A DNA stretch of 64,000 bases from an uncultured bacterium (GTDB lineage: Bacteria; Desulfobacterota; Deferrimicrobia; Deferrimicrobiales; Deferrimicrobiaceae): contig CAWHIM010000030.1 in assembly GCA_963829245.1 (NCBI GenBank), positions 19,167 to 83,166 on the forward strand, written 5' to 3'. Positions 10,020 through 19,766 of the stretch are shown in pieces. The notes under the pieces are model-generated. The model was given only the letters and a program-made list of their open reading frames with translations, had not been told where the DNA came from and made no database searches. A program made the position numbers and the translations under genes. Every line of letters begins with the position of its first letter. The first letter of the stretch is position 1.

Positions 10020-11252
10020 TTACCGCAGGTTTTTCCGGATCCGCTCCACCGCTTCCACCACATTGTCGCGGTTGCAGAAGGCCGACAGCCGGAAGTATCC
10101 CTCGCCCGACGGCCCGAACCCGCTCCCGGGCGTACCGACCACGTTGCACTCGGTGAGAAGGCGGTCGAAAAAGTCCCACGAGGAGATCCCGCCCGGGGTC
10201 TTCAGCCAGATGTAAGGGGCGTTGACGCCGCCGTGGATGGTGAGCCCGGCGCCCGCAAGACCCTCCCGGATGATCTTCGCGTTTTCCATGTAGTAGTCGA
10301 CGATCGCCTTCGTCTGCCGCCACCCCTTGTCGGAGTAGACCGCCGCCGCGGCCCTCTGAACCGGGTAGGAGACGCCGTTGAACTTTGTGGTCTGCCGGCG
10401 GTTCCATAGCTTGTTCAGCGACACCCGCCCGCCCGCCGGCGTGTTCGCCGTCACCTCCTCCGGCACCACCGCCAGCGCGCACCGCACCCCGGTGAAGCCG
10501 GCGGTCTTGGAGAAGCTGCGGAACTCGATGGCGCACCGCTTCGCGCCTTCGATCTCGTAGATCGAGCGCGGATAACCGGGCTCCGTGATGAACGCCTCGT
10601 AGGCCGCGTCGAAGAAGATCACCGCGTCGTTGGCGAGGGCGTAGTCGACCCACCCCTTGAGCTGCGTCTTCGTCGCGACCGTGCCCGTCGGGTTGTTCGG
10701 GGAGCACAGGTAGACGATGTCGACCTTCTCCTTCGGGACGTCGGGGAAGAAGCCGTTCGCCTCGGTGCACGGAAGGTAGACGATTCCCTGGTAATACCCG
10801 CGCTCGTCGGCCGGTCCGGAGCGGCCGATCATCACATTCGTGTCGTTGTAGACCGGGTAGACCGGGTCGCCGATCGCCACCTTGTTGTCGAGGGCGAAGA
10901 TGTCGAGGATGTTCGCCGTGTCGCACTTGGAGCCGTCCGAGATGAAGATTTCGCTCCGCTTGAGGTGGACGCCCAGCGGCGCGTACGCCTTTTCGATCAG
11001 CGCGTCGATGAGGAAGTCGTATCCCTGCTCGGGACCGTACCCCATGAACGTCTTCTCGTCGCCGAGCTCGGCGACGGCGTCGTGGAACGCCGACAGCACC
11101 GCGGGCGGCAGCGGACGCGTGACGTCGCCGATCCCGAGGCGGATGACCTTCGCGGACGGGTTCGTCGCCGCGAAGGCCCGCACCCTGCGCCCGATCTCCG
11201 GGAAAAGGTACCCGGCTTTCAGTTTCAGATAATGCTCGTTGGCCCGTGCCAT
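10020..11252 (-). CDS. dapL: LL-diaminopimelate aminotransferase
   Basis: [24 protein letters not shown]...[13 protein letters not shown]...[13 protein letters not shown] is the typical DapL N-terminus and PLP-lysine region. Confidence 0.85.
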   Translation of the reverse strand: MARANEHYLKLKAGYLFPEIGRRVRAFAATNPSAKVIRLGIGDVTRPLPPAVLSAFHDAVAELGDEKTFMGYGPEQGYDFLIDALIEKAYAPLGVHLKRSEIFISDGSKCDTANILDIFALDNKVAIGDPVYPVYNDTNVMIGRSGPADERGYYQGIVYLPCTEANGFFPDVPKEKVDIVYLCSPNNPTGTVATKTQLKGWVDYALANDAVIFFDAAYEAFITEPGYPRSIYEIEGAKRCAIEFRSFSKTAGFTGVRCALAVVPEEVTANTPAGGRVSLNKLWNRRQTTKFNGVSYPVQRAAAAVYSDKGWRQTKAIVDYYMENAKIIREGLAGAGLTIHGGVNAPYIWLKTPGGISSWDFFDRLLTECNVVGTPGSGFGPSGEGYFRLSAFCNRDNVVEAVERIRKNLR

Positions 11253-11338
11253 GCGCGCGAACCCTCCTGGTCGGAATCTGCCGTGTACCATGAAGATACC
11301 AGATAGAATATATTTCTTCCTCGTATCCTGGGGGGCGA

Positions 11339-12133
11339 ATGTCCGCGCTGTTCGCGTTCAAGCTGACGCTGGTGCCGTTCTTCATCCTCGCGCTGAGCCT
11401 CGCGGGCCGGCGTTGGGGAACGGCCGTCAGCGGCTGGCTCGTGGCTCTGCCGGTTGTCGCGGGCCCGATCGTCTTCTTCATCGGGATGGAACAGGGAGAG
11501 GCGTTCGCGGCGGGCGCGGCGCGCGCGACGATCGCCGGGCTCGCCTCGCTGGCCGTCTACAGCCTCGTCTACAGCCGCGCGTCCCTTCGGATGGGATGGG
11601 TGCCGAGCCTGCTGGCCGGCTGGGCCGGGTTTTTCCTCTCCACGTACCTCCTGAACCGGATCTACCTCACGCTGCCGCAGTCGATCGTGCTCGCTTTTTC
11701 CGCGCTGGTCGCGGCGTACCTTCTCCTGCCGGCGGTCGATGCCGAGGCGTCGCCGCCCGGGACGCCCTCGTGGGAGATCGCCGCACGCATGGCGGCGGCG
11801 GTCGCAATGGTGCTCCTCATGACTGCCCTCGCCCGGCCGCTCGGGCCGCACCTCGCGGGGCTTCTCGTCCCGTTTCCCGTCGCGGCGACGGTGCTCACCG
11901 TCTTCACGCACCGCTACCAGGGCGGCGCCTCCGCGATTCGCCTGCTGCGGGGGCTGGTCGCCGGCCTCTGGACGATGGGGATCTTTTTCCTGGTCGTCGC
12001 GGGAACGGTGGAGCGGCTGGGAGTCGGCGCCTCGTTCGCGCTTGCGGCGGCGGCGGACCTGCTGAGCAACGGCGGATCGCTCTGGGCCCTGAGGAGGATC
12101 CGGGCCGCCCGCGCGTCTCGCTCCATTTCATAA
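11339..12133 (+). CDS. Hypothetical integral membrane protein
   Basis: 264-aa ORF with about 8 hydrophobic segments. I recognised no family. Confidence 0.55.
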   Translation: MSALFAFKLTLVPFFILALSLAGRRWGTAVSGWLVALPVVAGPIVFFIGMEQGEAFAAGAARATIAGLASLAVYSLVYSRASLRMGWVPSLLAGWAGFFLSTYLLNRIYLTLPQSIVLAFSALVAAYLLLPAVDAEASPPGTPSWEIAARMAAAVAMVLLMTALARPLGPHLAGLLVPFPVAATVLTVFTHRYQGGASAIRLLRGLVAGLWTMGIFFLVVAGTVERLGVGASFALAAAADLLSNGGSLWALRRIRAARASRSIS

Positions 12134-12360
12134 ATACGGCAACATATCCAAAGAGCGATCCCGGAAGGCGCTGTGCCCCCAAGTTCTTCCTACTGCGGGG
12201 GTATCCCAGCAGCGCGAAGCTAGTACTGGTGCTCCTCCGGGACTCCCGCTTGGGCTGCGTCGCCTCGGAGGGCGGGGCTCCGTTCGTGGCTCGCCGTGCG
12301 ATGAACCTGCACGGCTGCGCTTTACCTCACTGCGCCCCCCCTCCTGCGGCGACTCCGCCG
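12126..12360 (+). repeat. MITE/REP-like intergenic repeat, copy A
   Basis: The core CCTCCGGGACTCCC...CCTCGGAGGG..CTCCGTTCGTGGCTCGCCGTGC..TGAACCTGCACGGCTGCGCTTTACCTCACTGCGCCCCCCTCCTGCGGCG is nearly identical to 62014-62136. It also matches 41589-41700 in inverted orientation. The terminal motif is TTTCATAAATACGGCAACAT. Confidence 0.8.
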
Positions 12361-12881
12361 CGTCGCGCGACGTTTCCGGCCCGCAGCAGCGCCGCGATCG
12401 TCTTCCCGTCCCGGATCTCCCCCGATGCCGCGAGGCGAAGCGCTTCCCCGATCGGCATTCGCACCGTCGCGATCTCCTCGTATTGCTCCGGCTCCGCGTT
12501 TCCCTGCGACAGCCCGGTGCCGAGGAACAGGTGGATCACCTCGTCGAAGACGCCGGGGGAGGGGTAGAAACATCCGAGGGGCAGCAGTTCGCGGGCGGAG
12601 AGCCCCGTTTCCTCGGCCATCTCCCTGCCGCCGCACGCCGCCGGATCCTCGCCCGGTTGAAGCCTGCCCGCCGGGATCTCGAGGAGGGTGCCGCCAACCG
12701 CAGGCCGCAGCTGCCGGATCAGCGTGACCGTCCCGTCGTCGTGCAGCGGGAGGACGCCGACGCCGCCCGGGTGCCGCACGATCTGGAAGGTGTGCCACCC
12801 CTTCTCCCCGATCCGGACCTCGAACTGCTCGATGTCCACGACCAGCCCGGAAAAGAGCGTCGACCGGTTTCTCGTTTCCAT
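12327..12881 (-). CDS. NUDIX hydrolase (ADP-ribose pyrophosphatase-like)
   Basis: Nudix box GRLQPGEDPAACGGREMAEETG. The last roughly 11 codons and the stop lie inside repeat copy A. Confidence 0.8.
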   Translation of the reverse strand: METRNRSTLFSGLVVDIEQFEVRIGEKGWHTFQIVRHPGGVGVLPLHDDGTVTLIRQLRPAVGGTLLEIPAGRLQPGEDPAACGGREMAEETGLSARELLPLGCFYPSPGVFDEVIHLFLGTGLSQGNAEPEQYEEIATVRMPIGEALRLAASGEIRDGKTIAALLRAGNVARRGGVAAGGGAQ

Positions 12882-12907
12882 GCGGTCCCTTCCAGCCTCG
12901 CTCCAGG

Positions 12908-13870
12908 TTAAGGAAGGAGGACGATCTTTCCCCTGGCGCCGGGCGACATCACGGCCACGTGGCTCTCCGGCGCCGCGGACAGCGGCAGTTCCCGGCCGAT
13001 GACAGGCCGAAGCGTCCCGCTCTCGAGTCCCGCGACGAGGGCGGCGTGGACGACGGCCCGATCTGCGTCCGGCATGTTGAAGAGCGACATCCCGACGACC
13101 GAGGCATCCCGCGCCATCGCATCCCGCGGGTCGATCTCCACGGTCCCCCGGTTGCCGATCACGACGACCCGCCCCCCCATCGCGAGAGCCTTGAGATCCC
13201 GCGGCAGGTTCACGTTGGCGAGCATTTCCAGGATGACGTCGAAACCCCGGCCCCCTGTCGCCGCCACCGCCTCTTCCATGTATCCCGCCGAACGGTGGTC
13301 GAAGACGGCGTGCGCCCTTTCACGCACGACCAGGGCGATCCCCTCTGCGGTCCCAGCCGTGCCGAAGACGCGCAGTCCCGCGGCCCGGGCGATCTGGACC
13401 GCCGCGATCCCCACGCCGCCGCTCGCCCCGTGGACCAGAACCGTCTCTCCCGGCACGGCTCGCGCCCGCTGGAAGAGGGCGCGCCAGGCAGTGGCGTACG
13501 GTACGCCGACCGCGGCCCCCTGCGCGTACGAGACGCTGCCGGGAAGCGGGTGGACCCGTGCAGCGTTGCACAACGCAAGCTCCGCGTAGGCTCCGGTCAC
13601 CGTCTCCGAGGTGTATACGCGGTTGCCCGCGGCGACCCCCGTGACACCGTCTCCCACCGCCTCGACGATGCCGGCGGCATCGTGCCCGGGAGTGTAGGGG
13701 AGCGACGGGCGTCTGGCATACGCCCCGGAGCGAATATACGTCTCCACCGGGTTCACCCCCGCGGCCTGTATGCGGACCAGCACCTGGCCGGGTCCCGGCG
13801 ACGGGTCCGGGATCTCCTCGATGCGCATCGCTTCCGGCGGACCGAATTCGCGAACACGGATCGCTTTCAT
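12908..13870 (-). CDS. NADPH:quinone oxidoreductase (zeta-crystallin/MDR family)
   Basis: MKAIRVREFGPPEAMRIEEIPDPSPGPGQVLVRIQAAGVNPVETY...VLVHGASGGVGIAAVQIA. Confidence 0.85.
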   Translation of the reverse strand: MKAIRVREFGPPEAMRIEEIPDPSPGPGQVLVRIQAAGVNPVETYIRSGAYARRPSLPYTPGHDAAGIVEAVGDGVTGVAAGNRVYTSETVTGAYAELALCNAARVHPLPGSVSYAQGAAVGVPYATAWRALFQRARAVPGETVLVHGASGGVGIAAVQIARAAGLRVFGTAGTAEGIALVVRERAHAVFDHRSAGYMEEAVAATGGRGFDVILEMLANVNLPRDLKALAMGGRVVVIGNRGTVEIDPRDAMARDASVVGMSLFNMPDADRAVVHAALVAGLESGTLRPVIGRELPLSAAPESHVAVMSPGARGKIVLLP

Positions 13871-13991
13871 ATCCTCTCCCTCCTGCGGTAATTGTAACCG
13901 ATGGGATGCCTCCCGGCCTCCCGCTGTTTCGCCGGGCGTCTCCGGGGTACACTATTACAGGTGATCCGAGAAACGAAACCGGAGGAGACCG

Positions 13992-14339
13992 ATGGACGAG
14001 AGGAACGACGACGTTGTGATCGGAGCGATGCTGGTGCTGATGGGTGCGATTCTCGGGGCCGGCGCCGCCTTGCTGTTCGCGCCGCAATCGGGACGTAAAA
14101 CGCGCAGGGACATCTCCCGGTATGCCCGGAAGACGAGCAAGAGGGTGGAAGGCGTGGCGGGGGAAGTCGTCGGAAGCGTGGCCGGGATGGCCGACGCCGT
14201 GGAGGAAAAGGCGGAGAAATTCATCGAGAAAGGGATGGATCTCTCCAAGGAGTCCCTGGAGGCGGTGCTTACCGCCCTGCACGAGGGACAGGAGCGGTTG
14301 GGACGGCAGCGGGACCGGTTGGCGAAATTGCTGGGGTAG
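13992..14339 (+). CDS. YtxH-domain protein
   Basis: N-terminal TM helix followed by LLFAPQSGRKTRRDI, then a helical tail. Confidence 0.6.
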   Translation: MDERNDDVVIGAMLVLMGAILGAGAALLFAPQSGRKTRRDISRYARKTSKRVEGVAGEVVGSVAGMADAVEEKAEKFIEKGMDLSKESLEAVLTALHEGQERLGRQRDRLAKLLG

Positions 14340-14390
14340 CGTCCCGACCGGACGCGGAGGCGGCGGAGAAAAACAGGATCGGGGGAACGC

Positions 14391-15611
14391 GTGAAGCCGG
14401 ACGAGGAGAAGAAGGAAACGCCGGAGGAACCGGAAGAGGAGAGTTTCGGGGAGATGCTCGACAGGAGCTTCGTCGCCCCGACGCGGTACGAGCCTGGGCG
14501 GAAGGTATCCGCCCGGGTCGTCAAGGTGACCCCGGAGTGGGTATTCCTCGACTTGGGACGGAAAGGCGAGGGTGTGCTTGCGTCGAAGGAACTGCTGGAC
14601 GAGGCCGGGGCGGTGCGGGTCAAGGAGGGGGACGCCCTCGAGGCGTACTTCGTCTCCTCGGACGGCAGCGAGATGCTCTTCACCACCCGCGTCGCCGGGG
14701 GGGCGGCCGGATCCGCGCAGCTCGAGGAAGCCTCGAACTCGGGGATCCCCGTTGACGGGGTCGTGGTGAAGGAGATCAAGGGGGGATACGAAGTCCGCCT
14801 TGCGGGCGGAGCGAGGGCGTTCTGCCCCCATTCGCAGATGGACCTTCCCCGGTCCGGAGGTCAGGAGGAGCGCATCGGGAAGCACGCCGCCTTCCGGATC
14901 ACGAAGTACGGGGAAAATGGTCGCAACATCGTCGTCTCCCGCCGGGTTTTGCTGGAAGAGGAGGAGGAGCGGAAAACGCGGGAGGTGATGGCGACGCTCA
15001 CGGAGGGGATGGTGATGACGGGAACCGTCACCGCGGTCCGGGAGTTCGGCGCCTTCGTCTCCGTCGGCCCGATCGAGGGGCTTCTTCCCATTTCGGAGAT
15101 CGGGTGGGACCGGGTGGAGGATATCCAGAGCGTTCTCTCCGTGGGACAGCAGGTCGAGGTCGCGATCACGCGCCTCGACTGGACGAACAGGCGTTTCTCC
15201 TTCAGCCTCAAGAAGACTCTCGCAGACCCGTGGGAAACCGCCGTCGCTCGTTTCCCCTCGGGGTCGCTGCACGTGGGCAAGGTCGCCCGCCTGGCCGCCT
15301 TCGGGGCCTTTGTCTCCCTCGGCGGAGGAGTCGACGGCCTGCTCCACATATCGAAACTCGGCGGCGGAAAGCGGATCCGGAGCGCGGGCGAGGTCCTGCG
15401 CGCGGGGCAGGAGATCGAAGTGAGGGTGGATTCGGTCGACCCCGTGAAGCGTCGAGTCGCCCTCTCCCTTCCGGCGACGGAGAGCCCGGAGACGCCCGGG
15501 GAGGAAGCGGAGGATTATGCGAAGTATCTCTCTCCGCCGCCCGCCGCTCCGGGCCTCGGTTCCCTGGGGGAAGCCCTCAAGGCGAAAATGGAGCGGAAGG
15601 AAGGGAAGTGA
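14391..15611 (+). CDS. S1 RNA-binding domain protein (four S1 repeats, acidic N-terminus)
   Basis: Repeated S1 motifs, e.g. GTVTAVREFGAFVSVGPIEGLLPISE and GKVARLAAFGAFVSLGGGVDGLLHISK. Shorter than canonical six-domain RpsA. Confidence 0.75.
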   Translation: MKPDEEKKETPEEPEEESFGEMLDRSFVAPTRYEPGRKVSARVVKVTPEWVFLDLGRKGEGVLASKELLDEAGAVRVKEGDALEAYFVSSDGSEMLFTTRVAGGAAGSAQLEEASNSGIPVDGVVVKEIKGGYEVRLAGGARAFCPHSQMDLPRSGGQEERIGKHAAFRITKYGENGRNIVVSRRVLLEEEEERKTREVMATLTEGMVMTGTVTAVREFGAFVSVGPIEGLLPISEIGWDRVEDIQSVLSVGQQVEVAITRLDWTNRRFSFSLKKTLADPWETAVARFPSGSLHVGKVARLAAFGAFVSLGGGVDGLLHISKLGGGKRIRSAGEVLRAGQEIEVRVDSVDPVKRRVALSLPATESPETPGEEAEDYAKYLSPPPAAPGLGSLGEALKAKMERKEGK

Positions 15612-15639
15612 CCCTCCTGCGGCGGGGAGGGCGCGCCGG

Positions 15640-16377
15640 CTACAGGTTGATGTGTTCGAGGAAGTACGGCATCTGGCGGCGCCACCACGGCCAGTCGTGG
15701 TCGACGTCGTGTCCCCAGAAGTCGATCCACGCGGGGATCTCCTTCGACGAGAGGATCCCCTGCAGTTCGCGGGTGTCCGCAATCATCTCGTCCTCCCATG
15801 CCCCCTGTCCGACGCACACCACGATCCGGCTGCGCCGGTACCGGTCCAGGAACCACGGATCGGAAAGGTTCGGAAGATAGTCGAGGGGGGAGTTGAAGTA
15901 GACGTTCGCGTCCATGTACTCCCCGATGAAACGGTTGAGCCTGTACACGCCGGAGAGGGCGATCAGGGCGTCGAAGACGTCGGGGTGCCGGAAGAAGAAG
16001 TTCGCGGAGTGGTATCCCCCCATGCTGCACCCCGTCGCGAGAAATCCCGTTGCGCCGGGGAACCGGGCCCGGATGAAAGGGCCCACCTCCTCGACAACGT
16101 ACCGGTCATAGTCGTTGTGTCTTTGCGCGCGCTCCGCCGGGGAAGCCCCCTCGTTCAGCCACGACTGCCGGTCGACGCTGTCCAGGGTGAAAAGGGCGAT
16201 GTCTCCCGCGTCGATGAAGGCCCGGCACGCCTCGACCATTCCGAAATCCTCGTACTCGTAGAACCGTCCGCCCTGGCAGGGGAACACCAGCACCGGCTTC
16301 CCCGCGTGGCCGTACATCTTGAGCTCCATGTCCTGGCGGAGGTGCCGGCTCCACCATCGTTGGTACACGATGTTCAT
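15640..16377 (-). CDS. Esterase-family alpha/beta hydrolase (PF00756-like)
   Basis: Starts MNIVYQRWWS. Nucleophile elbow GCSMGG. Lies 17 nt downstream of the ATP-grasp gene. Confidence 0.7.
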   Translation of the reverse strand: MNIVYQRWWSRHLRQDMELKMYGHAGKPVLVFPCQGGRFYEYEDFGMVEACRAFIDAGDIALFTLDSVDRQSWLNEGASPAERAQRHNDYDRYVVEEVGPFIRARFPGATGFLATGCSMGGYHSANFFFRHPDVFDALIALSGVYRLNRFIGEYMDANVYFNSPLDYLPNLSDPWFLDRYRRSRIVVCVGQGAWEDEMIADTRELQGILSSKEIPAWIDFWGHDVDHDWPWWRRQMPYFLEHINL

Positions 16378-16394
16378 CGAAGGTCCTCGCCGCG

Positions 16395-17564
16395 TTACGC
16401 GGTTTCCTGGATGTACCGGGCGGCGGCCCGCACCTCGTCGAGGTCCTTCGACCGGACCAGGTACCCGTGGTCGCCGATCGCCGCGCGGAAGATGGAGTCG
16501 ATCTCCTCGTGGTGCACGATGAGGCCACCGACGGCCGCCTCGATCTCCCCGGGATCGTAGACGTACCGCTTCCCCCGCTTCCGGCCGACGTAGCCGACAT
16601 GGTACGGGCGGGACCACTCCGCCGTGAAGCGGTTGCGGGCCACCACGCGCGCCCACTCCCGGTAGATGTCGATGTCGTTGGCGTAATTGAACATCTCCGT
16701 GGTCAAGCCCCCCGGCGGCCGCAGGTTCACCTCGAGTGCGACGATCCCGCCGTCCCGGCCGGTCCGGAAGAACTCGAAGTGAAAGAACCGTCCCCGGACG
16801 TCGAAGGCCCGTGCCGTCCGCCGCCCCGCCTCCTCCAGGTCCGCCGGGATCTCCCGGAGGGAGTAGTAAAAGAGGTCGGCGTCCTCGTTGACCGTCTCCA
16901 TGATCCCCTGGCTGAAGGCGTGCGAGGTGAAGAAGACGAGGTTGCCGTCGAGGTCGGCCAGTCCGTCGAAGGAGATGAGTTTCCCCTCGATGAACTCCTC
17001 CAGAATGTAGTCCATCTCCGGTTTCCGGTCGAAGAAGGAGGAGAGTTGGACGTCGTCGCGGATCTTGAAGGTCGCAGCCGCTCCCACCCCCACGTCGGGC
17101 TTGGCGACCACCGGGTAGCCGGTCCCGGCGACCAGCCGTCGCGCCTCATCGAGAGTTCGTGCCACCGCGCCGCGGGCGACCCGGATTCCGGCGGCCAGGT
17201 AGATTTCCTTCATGGCGGACTTCCGCTTGATGATCCCGATCCGGTCCTGACGAAGCCCGGCCATGTTGAAGTCCGTCCGAAGTCGCGCCTCGGTCTCCAG
17301 CCAGTGCTCGCTGTTGGAGTCGATCCCGTCGAGCTTCCCGTGGCGGTGTGTGAAGTGCCCGAGCGCCCGGACCAGCGCGTCGTACGAGTTCATGTCGTCC
17401 ACGCGGTAATATTCGGAAAGCGCCCCGCGGAGCTCCGGTCGCAGCGCCTCGTACGGGGCGTCGGCCAGCCCGAGTACGTTCACTCCTTCCTCCCGGAGGC
17501 GAACGCAGAAGCGGTAGTAGTTCGGTGGAAAATGCGGGGAGAGATAGACGAAATTCATCGCCAT
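16395..17564 (-). CDS. ATP-grasp domain protein of unknown substrate
   Basis: MAMNFVYLSPHFPPNYYRFC...GYPVVAKPDVGVGAAATFKI...ILEEFIEGKLISFDG...ALEVNLRPPGG is an ATP-grasp fold signature. Confidence 0.7.
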   Translation of the reverse strand: MAMNFVYLSPHFPPNYYRFCVRLREEGVNVLGLADAPYEALRPELRGALSEYYRVDDMNSYDALVRALGHFTHRHGKLDGIDSNSEHWLETEARLRTDFNMAGLRQDRIGIIKRKSAMKEIYLAAGIRVARGAVARTLDEARRLVAGTGYPVVAKPDVGVGAAATFKIRDDVQLSSFFDRKPEMDYILEEFIEGKLISFDGLADLDGNLVFFTSHAFSQGIMETVNEDADLFYYSLREIPADLEEAGRRTARAFDVRGRFFHFEFFRTGRDGGIVALEVNLRPPGGLTTEMFNYANDIDIYREWARVVARNRFTAEWSRPYHVGYVGRKRGKRYVYDPGEIEAAVGGLIVHHEEIDSIFRAAIGDHGYLVRSKDLDEVRAAARYIQETA

Positions 17565-17667
17565 ATCGTCGCAGGCGCGAGTGGAAGCGTCAAGCCGTCC
17601 GGAGTTCACTGTAGATGGACAGGAGCGCCTGGTTTGCTATTCTTGACATCGAACAAGGGAGGATTCG

Positions 17668-18024
17668 GTGCGCGTCGTCAACCGGACACGGGGAACGGTC
17701 GTGGGTGATCGGGTGCGGGCGGCGGGAACGTTCCTCTCGCGCCTTGTGGGGTTGCTCGGAACGTCCGCGATCGCGGACGGCGAGGGGTTGTGGATCGTCC
17801 CCTGCCGCAGCGTGCACACCTTGGGGATGCGGTATCCGATCGACGTTGCGTTCCTCGATGCGCGGGGGGTCGTGGTCGGGATTCTGGGAGGGCTTCCCCC
17901 GAACCGGGTCGGCCGCTTCTTTCGGGATGCCCGGGGGGCGCTGGAGCTGCGTTCGGGGATCCTCGCCGCCACTCGCACCGTGCCCGGCGACCGTCTGGAG
18001 TTCGAAGGGGGTGGACCGACTTGA
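17668..18024 (+). CDS. DUF192 domain protein
   Basis: GLWIVPCRSVHTLGMRYPIDVAFLD...ALELRSG is the typical DUF192 core. GTG start with GGGAGG RBS. Confidence 0.6.
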   Translation: MRVVNRTRGTVVGDRVRAAGTFLSRLVGLLGTSAIADGEGLWIVPCRSVHTLGMRYPIDVAFLDARGVVVGILGGLPPNRVGRFFRDARGALELRSGILAATRTVPGDRLEFEGGGPT

Positions 18025-18050
18025 CACCAGCGGCCTCCGACTGCTACATT
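18021..18050 (+). promoter_or_regulatory. Sigma70-type promoter for hrcA
   Basis: TTGACA (18021-18026), 18-nt spacer, TACATT (18045-18050), immediately upstream of CIRCE. Confidence 0.55.
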
Positions 18051-18055
18051 GTGCT

Positions 18056-18082
18056 TTAGCACTCTCCTTGTTGGAGTGCTAA
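18056..18082 (+). promoter_or_regulatory. CIRCE operator (HrcA binding site)
   Basis: TTAGCACTC-N9-GAGTGCTAA, an exact match to the CIRCE consensus, 22 nt upstream of hrcA. Confidence 0.9.
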
Positions 18083-18103
18083 CTCGTTTGCGGAGAAGGT
18101 GAA

Positions 18104-19141
18104 ATGGCTTCCGGGATGGATGATCGCACGACCCGGGTCCTGCGCCACATCGTCGAGGATTACATCGCCACGGCGGAGCCGGTCGGATCAAGAACCATCT
18201 CAAAGAAGATGGGGCAGTCCCTCTCGCCCGCGACGATCCGCAATATCATGGCGGACCTCGAGGAGGCGGGGTTCCTCGCACAGCCGCACACCTCCGCGGG
18301 GCGCGTTCCCACGGGTGCGGGGTTCCGGTACTACATCGACCACCTCCTGGCGCGGCAATCCCTCGCCCGCGGCGAGATGGACCAACTGCACCGGGCGGCG
18401 GGCGAAGGGAACGGTCCGGCGGACGAGCTGGTGAGGCAGGTCAGCCGCCTGCTGTCGAACCTGTCCCGCCAGGCGAGCGTCGTCGTGGTTTCCTCGCCGG
18501 AACAGCAGGTTCTCAGCTCCGTGAGCCTCATGCGCGCGGGAGTGGAGAGGATCCTTCTGGTCACGGTGATGCGCGGAGGATGGGTTCAACATCGCCTGAT
18601 CGAGGGCGAGCCGGATCTCACCGGCGACGAGCTCGAGAAGATCAGCGCATACCTCAACGAACTGGCGGAGGGGCGGACGCTGCTCCAGTTGCGCGCCCGG
18701 ATCCTCGACGAGCTCGGCAAGGAGAAGGCCCGGTACGACCGCGTGATGGGGCGTGCCCTCACGATGAGCGCGCGGGCGCTCACGGACGCCGCACCGGGCG
18801 AGATCTTCATCGAGGGGCGCGCCAACATTCTCGAACAGCCCGAGTTTGCCGAGGACGTCCACCGCCTGAAACGGATTCTGCGCGCCTTCGAGGAGAAGAG
18901 CGTGATCTTCCGCCTGCTCGACCGGGCGATGGAGAGCCGGGCGATCCTGGTGTCCGTCGGGCTCGAAAACACGGTGGAAGAGCTTCCGGACATTTCGGTG
19001 GTCGCCTCCGGGTACCGGCAGGGCGCTTCTTCCATGGGGAGCATCGGCCTCATCGGGCCCGTCCGGATGGACTACTCCCGGGTGATCCCGCTGGTCGAGT
19101 ACGCCGCGAGCCTGCTCACCACGATGTTCGAGGACCGATAG
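18104..19141 (+). CDS. hrcA: Heat-inducible transcription repressor HrcA
   Basis: RTTRVLRHIVEDYIATAEPVGSRTISKK...SPATIRNIMADLEEAGFLAQPHTSAGRVPT. Confidence 0.9.
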   Translation: MASGMDDRTTRVLRHIVEDYIATAEPVGSRTISKKMGQSLSPATIRNIMADLEEAGFLAQPHTSAGRVPTGAGFRYYIDHLLARQSLARGEMDQLHRAAGEGNGPADELVRQVSRLLSNLSRQASVVVVSSPEQQVLSSVSLMRAGVERILLVTVMRGGWVQHRLIEGEPDLTGDELEKISAYLNELAEGRTLLQLRARILDELGKEKARYDRVMGRALTMSARALTDAAPGEIFIEGRANILEQPEFAEDVHRLKRILRAFEEKSVIFRLLDRAMESRAILVSVGLENTVEELPDISVVASGYRQGASSMGSIGLIGPVRMDYSRVIPLVEYAASLLTTMFEDR

Positions 19142-19184
19142 CCCACCCGGATTTCCCGTACAATTTCACCAGGAGAGGAAAGGG

Positions 19185-19766
19185 ATGGAAGACAGGGAGA
19201 AAGAATCGTCGCTGGCGGAAACCGCGGCGGAAGGCCCGGCGGCGGAGGAGATCGAAGGGGGGCCGGCGAGCGGAGCGGAGCCCGGGAAACCGGTCGATGC
19301 GGCGAAACTGAAGGAACAGCTGGCGTACCTTGCCGCGGAGTTCGAAAATTTCCGGAAGCGCGTCGCGCGGGAGCGGGAAGCGCAGGCGGCCTTTGGGAAC
19401 GAACAACTGCTACGCGCCATCCTGCCGTTTCTCGACAACCTCGAGCGGGCGATGGGCCAGACGAGTCCATCCGTTGCCACCCTCCTCTCCGGCGTCCGGA
19501 TGACGCACGAACTGTTCCTCTCGGAATTGCGCAAATTCGGCCTTGAGCCTCTCCCCGCGCAAGGCGGGATGTTCGACCCGTCCCTGCACGATGCGATCGC
19601 GAGCGTGCCCTCCTCGGGGAAGCCCGGAGGGACCATCCTCGCCGAGGCGCGCAAGGGGTACCTTCTCCACGGGCGCTTGCTGCGCCCCGCCCAGGTGACG
19701 GTCGCCGTCGCCCCTCCGGAGGACGACGGCGGGGACAATTCCGCCGGATCGGGGGAGAGACCCTAA
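19185..19766 (+). CDS. grpE: Nucleotide exchange factor GrpE
   Basis: YLAAEFENFRKRVARE...LLPFLDNLERA...FDPSLHDAI...KGYLLHGRLLRPAQV. Confidence 0.9.
   Translation: MEDREKESSLAETAAEGPAAEEIEGGPASGAEPGKPVDAAKLKEQLAYLAAEFENFRKRVAREREAQAAFGNEQLLRAILPFLDNLERAMGQTSPSVATLLSGVRMTHELFLSELRKFGLEPLPAQGGMFDPSLHDAIASVPSSGKPGGTILAEARKGYLLHGRLLRPAQVTVAVAPPEDDGGDNSAGSGERP

Noticed and set aside
12230-12330. Repeat core as a conserved small protein (..PFVARRAMNLHGCALPHCAP.. appears in two ORF translations).
   Set aside because: Copies A and C are nearly identical at the nucleotide level, so the shared peptide says nothing about selection. Copy B is inverted and diverged without preserving that frame, and there is no start or RBS.
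13320-15782. 820-aa minus-strand ORF.
   Set aside because: It is antisense to the qor, ytxH and S1-domain genes, which have clear family signatures. Its composition is low-complexity R/G/P-rich, so it is a shadow ORF. The same reasoning applies to 830-2647(-), 26330-28843(-), 28941-31043(-), 31591-34047(-), 38928-40802(-), 57214-59202(-) and 59986-62091(-).
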